A stretch of DNA of 64,000 bases, taken from positions 186,001-250,000 of the forward strand of contig JBODTK010000139.1 of NCBI GenBank assembly GCA_050613775.1, written 5' to 3'. Both the position numbers and the translations under genes were made by a program. This stretch comes from Neocallimastix sp. 'constans'. Taxonomy: Eukaryota. A model generated the notes under the pieces. It saw only the letters and a list, made by a program, of their open reading frames with translations. It was not told the origin of the DNA and made no database searches. Below, one piece after another: positions 60,338-64,000 of this stretch; position 1 is the first letter of the stretch; each line of letters begins with the position of its first letter.

Positions 60338-63127
60338 GTTTTTAATTTTATTTTTATTTCTTTTTCTATTTTTTATTCGATAAATAAAATAAATAATAAT
60401 AAAAAAAAAAAATAAAGTAATAAAGAAATTTTTTATGTCCATAAATAATTTTAACTTTTATTATATTAATTCTAAAAAATAAAAAATAAAAAAAAAAAAA
60501 AAAAGTAACCAATCGATTAATAATTTATTGGAATTCTAATTATATTAAATATAAAAAAAATAGCCAATAAAATTAATAAGTTTATTGGAATATTTAATAT
60601 ATTACTTAATATATTTATTTTTATTTATTAGTATTATTCCATTATTTAATTATTCCATTATTTAATTATTCCATTATAAATTATTTTTAATTAAAAAATT
60701 TTATTACATCAAAAATTTTCATTTAAATAATGATGTTAATCTTTTTGATAAAAAAAAAAAAATTAATTAATTAATTAAAAAAATATTTAATTATTTAAAG
60801 TTAATATGAACAAATTATAAAAAAAAAAAAAAAATTAATTATTTAATTTATATTAATAGTAATTAAAAAAAATATTATATGATACAGGAAATTATTTAAT
60901 TATTCAATATTAATTAAAGTTAAAAAAAATTTTTGGAATATTTCTTAGAAAAAATATAATATTGCAAATCAGTTAAAAAAAAACTTCTTTTGATATTACC
61001 ATAAAACATAAAACTACTATTCATTATTGTTTAGTTATAAACATAATGACTAATATGATTAATTAGATGCAAAAATAATAAAATATTTATATTTTAAAAA
61101 AAGAATAGATAATTACATAATAAATTATTTTTTTGTAATAACAATAATATTTTATATAACAAATGAAAAACATTTAAATTTTATTATTTAATGTATACTA
61201 GTGAATAAAATTTAATATCAGAATTGATTTTAATGTTCTCGGTTCAAAGAATTTTTTAATTATAGTTTTTTTTTTTCACCATGATTGTTATCCCATACAT
61301 TTTTACCATTAGTGGAAATAAAACTAAATTGATCTTCATTTTTATAGATATCTAAATATGTTTCATAAATGATTTGTCCATCTTCAAGACAGACAATATT
61401 CATTTTTTTTTCTCTAAGGAAGATTAGTCTATTTACTATTTACGACCTCCTTCAATTTTATAATGGATATAAATATTTTTATCTTCAACACTTTCAGCAT
61501 TTTCGATTTTTAAAGATGTATGAAAATTTTTATACTTTTTTTCTATAATATAGAACAGAACAAATAATATACTTTCTTGTTCATAAAAGTAACTTGTTTG
61601 TACCAAGGAAATTTTTTCTTCATTGAAAACCCTACCACTTCTATCGAAAATGAAACCATCTTACATATTAGAATTCTTGAGTTTGACGTTGACCTCAAAA
61701 AAAGATAATAAAAGTTTTATCATTTATGACACCATAATAAACATTTTGTCCTTTGAAAATAATCATTTTCATCCTAAACCATCTTTCCGTGATCATTTAT
61801 TGAGTTCATCTCCGAAAAATAGATGTGCCTTTTTTTTTTTTTTTGGATATATAGAATAAACATAGAAATAGACATCTTTTCCCTAATTTTCTGGTTTTCT
61901 TAAAAAGAAATAATTTGAATTTAATCCATAATCTATTTTTTTTTTGTTAAGAGGAGTAGAAAAAACAGTAGAAAATTGAACAAAAGACAAAGAATAAAAA
62001 AAATAATAATACTTTTATTGTTAAAAAATAGTATTTTCTATAGTTTTATAATAATAATTTTTTTTTCAAATTAATACTTATATTTTCTATAATTCAATTT
62101 TTTTAATAATTATTATTGCAAAGAAATAAAAAAGAAAAAAAAAAAGTAAAATTTAGATCTATTTATATTTTTATTTTCTGTAAATTAAAACAGCAAACAT
62201 TCAAAATTAAAATTTTAGGAGTATAATACAAATAAAAAAAAGATTTGAAAAAAAAAAAAAAATAAAAAAAAAAAAAAAAAAAAAAAATTTTGAAAAAAAC
62301 TAAAAATAAAAAAAAAGTAATACAAAATAAAAAGATTTCTAATTTCAAAATTTATTTATTTTTCTATAATGAAAATAAGAGGATATATATATATATATAT
62401 TTTTTATATATATATATATCTTTATTTTATTTTATTTTATTTTTTTTTTTTATTTTTTTTTATATATATATCTTTATTTTATTTTATTTTATTTTTACTT
62501 TTTTATTTTTTTTTTTTAATTTTACTTTCATTTTTTATTATTCAATATATTTTTAATTTTTTTTATTATACAATATTATCTATTATTTCTAATTATTTGA
62601 AAATATATTAAAAAATTTTGTATTATACCTATTTCTGTTTTATTAATATCATATAAAATTATTATAAATTTTTTGAAAACATATATTAATATTTTTAAAA
62701 TAATAATAAATAAATAATAAATAAATAATAAAACAAAAAACAAACAAACAAACAAAAATAAAATAAAAAAAAAATAAAATAAATAGTTGAAACATAAATA
62801 TAAAGTACAGATTGAATAAAATAAGATTTTTTAATATAAATATTATTTTGTCAAAAATATATTTCGATAAATAATTATCATTATTAAGTTATTAAAAATA
62901 GAACACATTATTCAGTAAAAATAAACATTTATTTATTTTAGTTTTTATGATTATTTAAAATATCTTTTATTATTATGTTCCTTCTTTTATTAAAATTAAG
63001 AATTATTTTTAAACAATAAAATCATTACTTGGTTTTATACTTTATTGAATGTTACAAATATAATTTGTTGGTTATTACAATATTAAAAATAAATTAATAA
63101 TCAATTTAATAATTGTTATTTTTAACA

Positions 63128-64000
63128 CTCCTCCAAAAATCTAGCTTCAAAAAAAAACTTTAACAAAGAAAAAAAATGAAGATAGATTTTTAATTTAATT
63201 TCTTTTAAAATTCCGTTAATAAGGTGTTTCTGAAATTGTCCATTAAGGTCTTGTTTAAAAATTTGGTAAATCCATCTGCTAGATTACTTTTAGATTTTAC
63301 ATACTTTAGTACAATTAGTTTTTTACTGATTAAGTCTCTAATGTGATGGTACCTGATATCAATATGCTTTGATTTTGGGTTTATTGATTGATTTTCACTG
63401 TTGTATATTGTTGCTTTTTTGTCAACGAATATTGTAACATAATCGATGTTTATATTTAATTCATTCATGAAATTTCTGTACCATAAAGAGTGTTTAGCGC
63501 ATTCACTCAGGCTGTAATATTCGGCTTCAGACGTGGTAGTAGAGACGCAATGTTGTAGTTTTGAATACCAGCTTGTTTGTGTATTTCCAAGCATCATAAG
63601 AAATCCAGAAGTAGATTTCCTTGTGTTGAGATCTCCTGCATAATCTGCGTCTACATATACCTTTAAATTCATCCCCTTTTGGATTTTAATACCATAGTTT
63701 TTGTATGCTGGATATAATTATAAATTTTCATAACATTCATCCAATCTTCCATCGTAGGATCACTGGATTTCCTTGCAGCTTTACTAACAGCGAAAAGTAT
63801 ATCTGGTCTGGTGCATATTCCTAAATATAATAAGCTACCAATAGCACTTCGGTATTTTGTTTCATTAAATTTCTTTGTTCTCAGTTGAGGATTTTCTTTT
63901 GGAATAAGATTTTTTGTTGTTTTTGTATAAGAGTCAGTACTGAATTTGTTTAAAATATCATTTACGTACCTTGATTGATGTAGAATATATCCATCTTTAA
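63128..64000 (-). mobile_element. 3' part of a third Copia (RT/RNase H, frameshifted) with PPT; its LTR extends left from 63127
   Basis: DADYAGD..RKSTSG, EAEY, KHIDIRYH, ADGFTK; sense TTTTTGGAGGAG then TGTTAAAA. Confidence 0.9.

Noticed and set aside
61200..61920. Possible degenerate minus-strand gene
   Set aside because: Coding-like composition but many stops and no motif I could recognise; needs BLASTX

Overview
Extremely AT-rich eukaryotic DNA made almost entirely of nested transposable elements and satellites. Composition, element types and an intronless bacterial-type AAA/PD-(D/E)XK gene suggest an anaerobic gut fungus (Neocallimastigomycota); this is inferred, not proven. Contents: one intact Ty3/Gypsy element (9490-18387) and two decayed ones, one Copia with an intact ORF plus two broken ones, two non-LTR retrotransposons and an orphan ORF1, a MULE transposase remnant, solo LTRs and satellites. 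Less routine observations: (1) four or five GC-rich non-coding islands share ordered motifs and helices, suggesting a large structured, retro-mobile RNA family; (2) short (CCCTAA)n tracts sit exactly at element junctions, suggesting fossil telomeres or telomere-targeted non-LTR elements; (3) a -1 frameshift heptamer plus pseudoknot is conserved between two Gypsy families; (4) Gypsy and Copia leaders carry arrays of conserved hairpins; (5) both Copia leaders have a primer-binding site for a half tRNA-Lys(CUU). All alignments and folds were done by eye, so boundaries of degenerate features are approximate.
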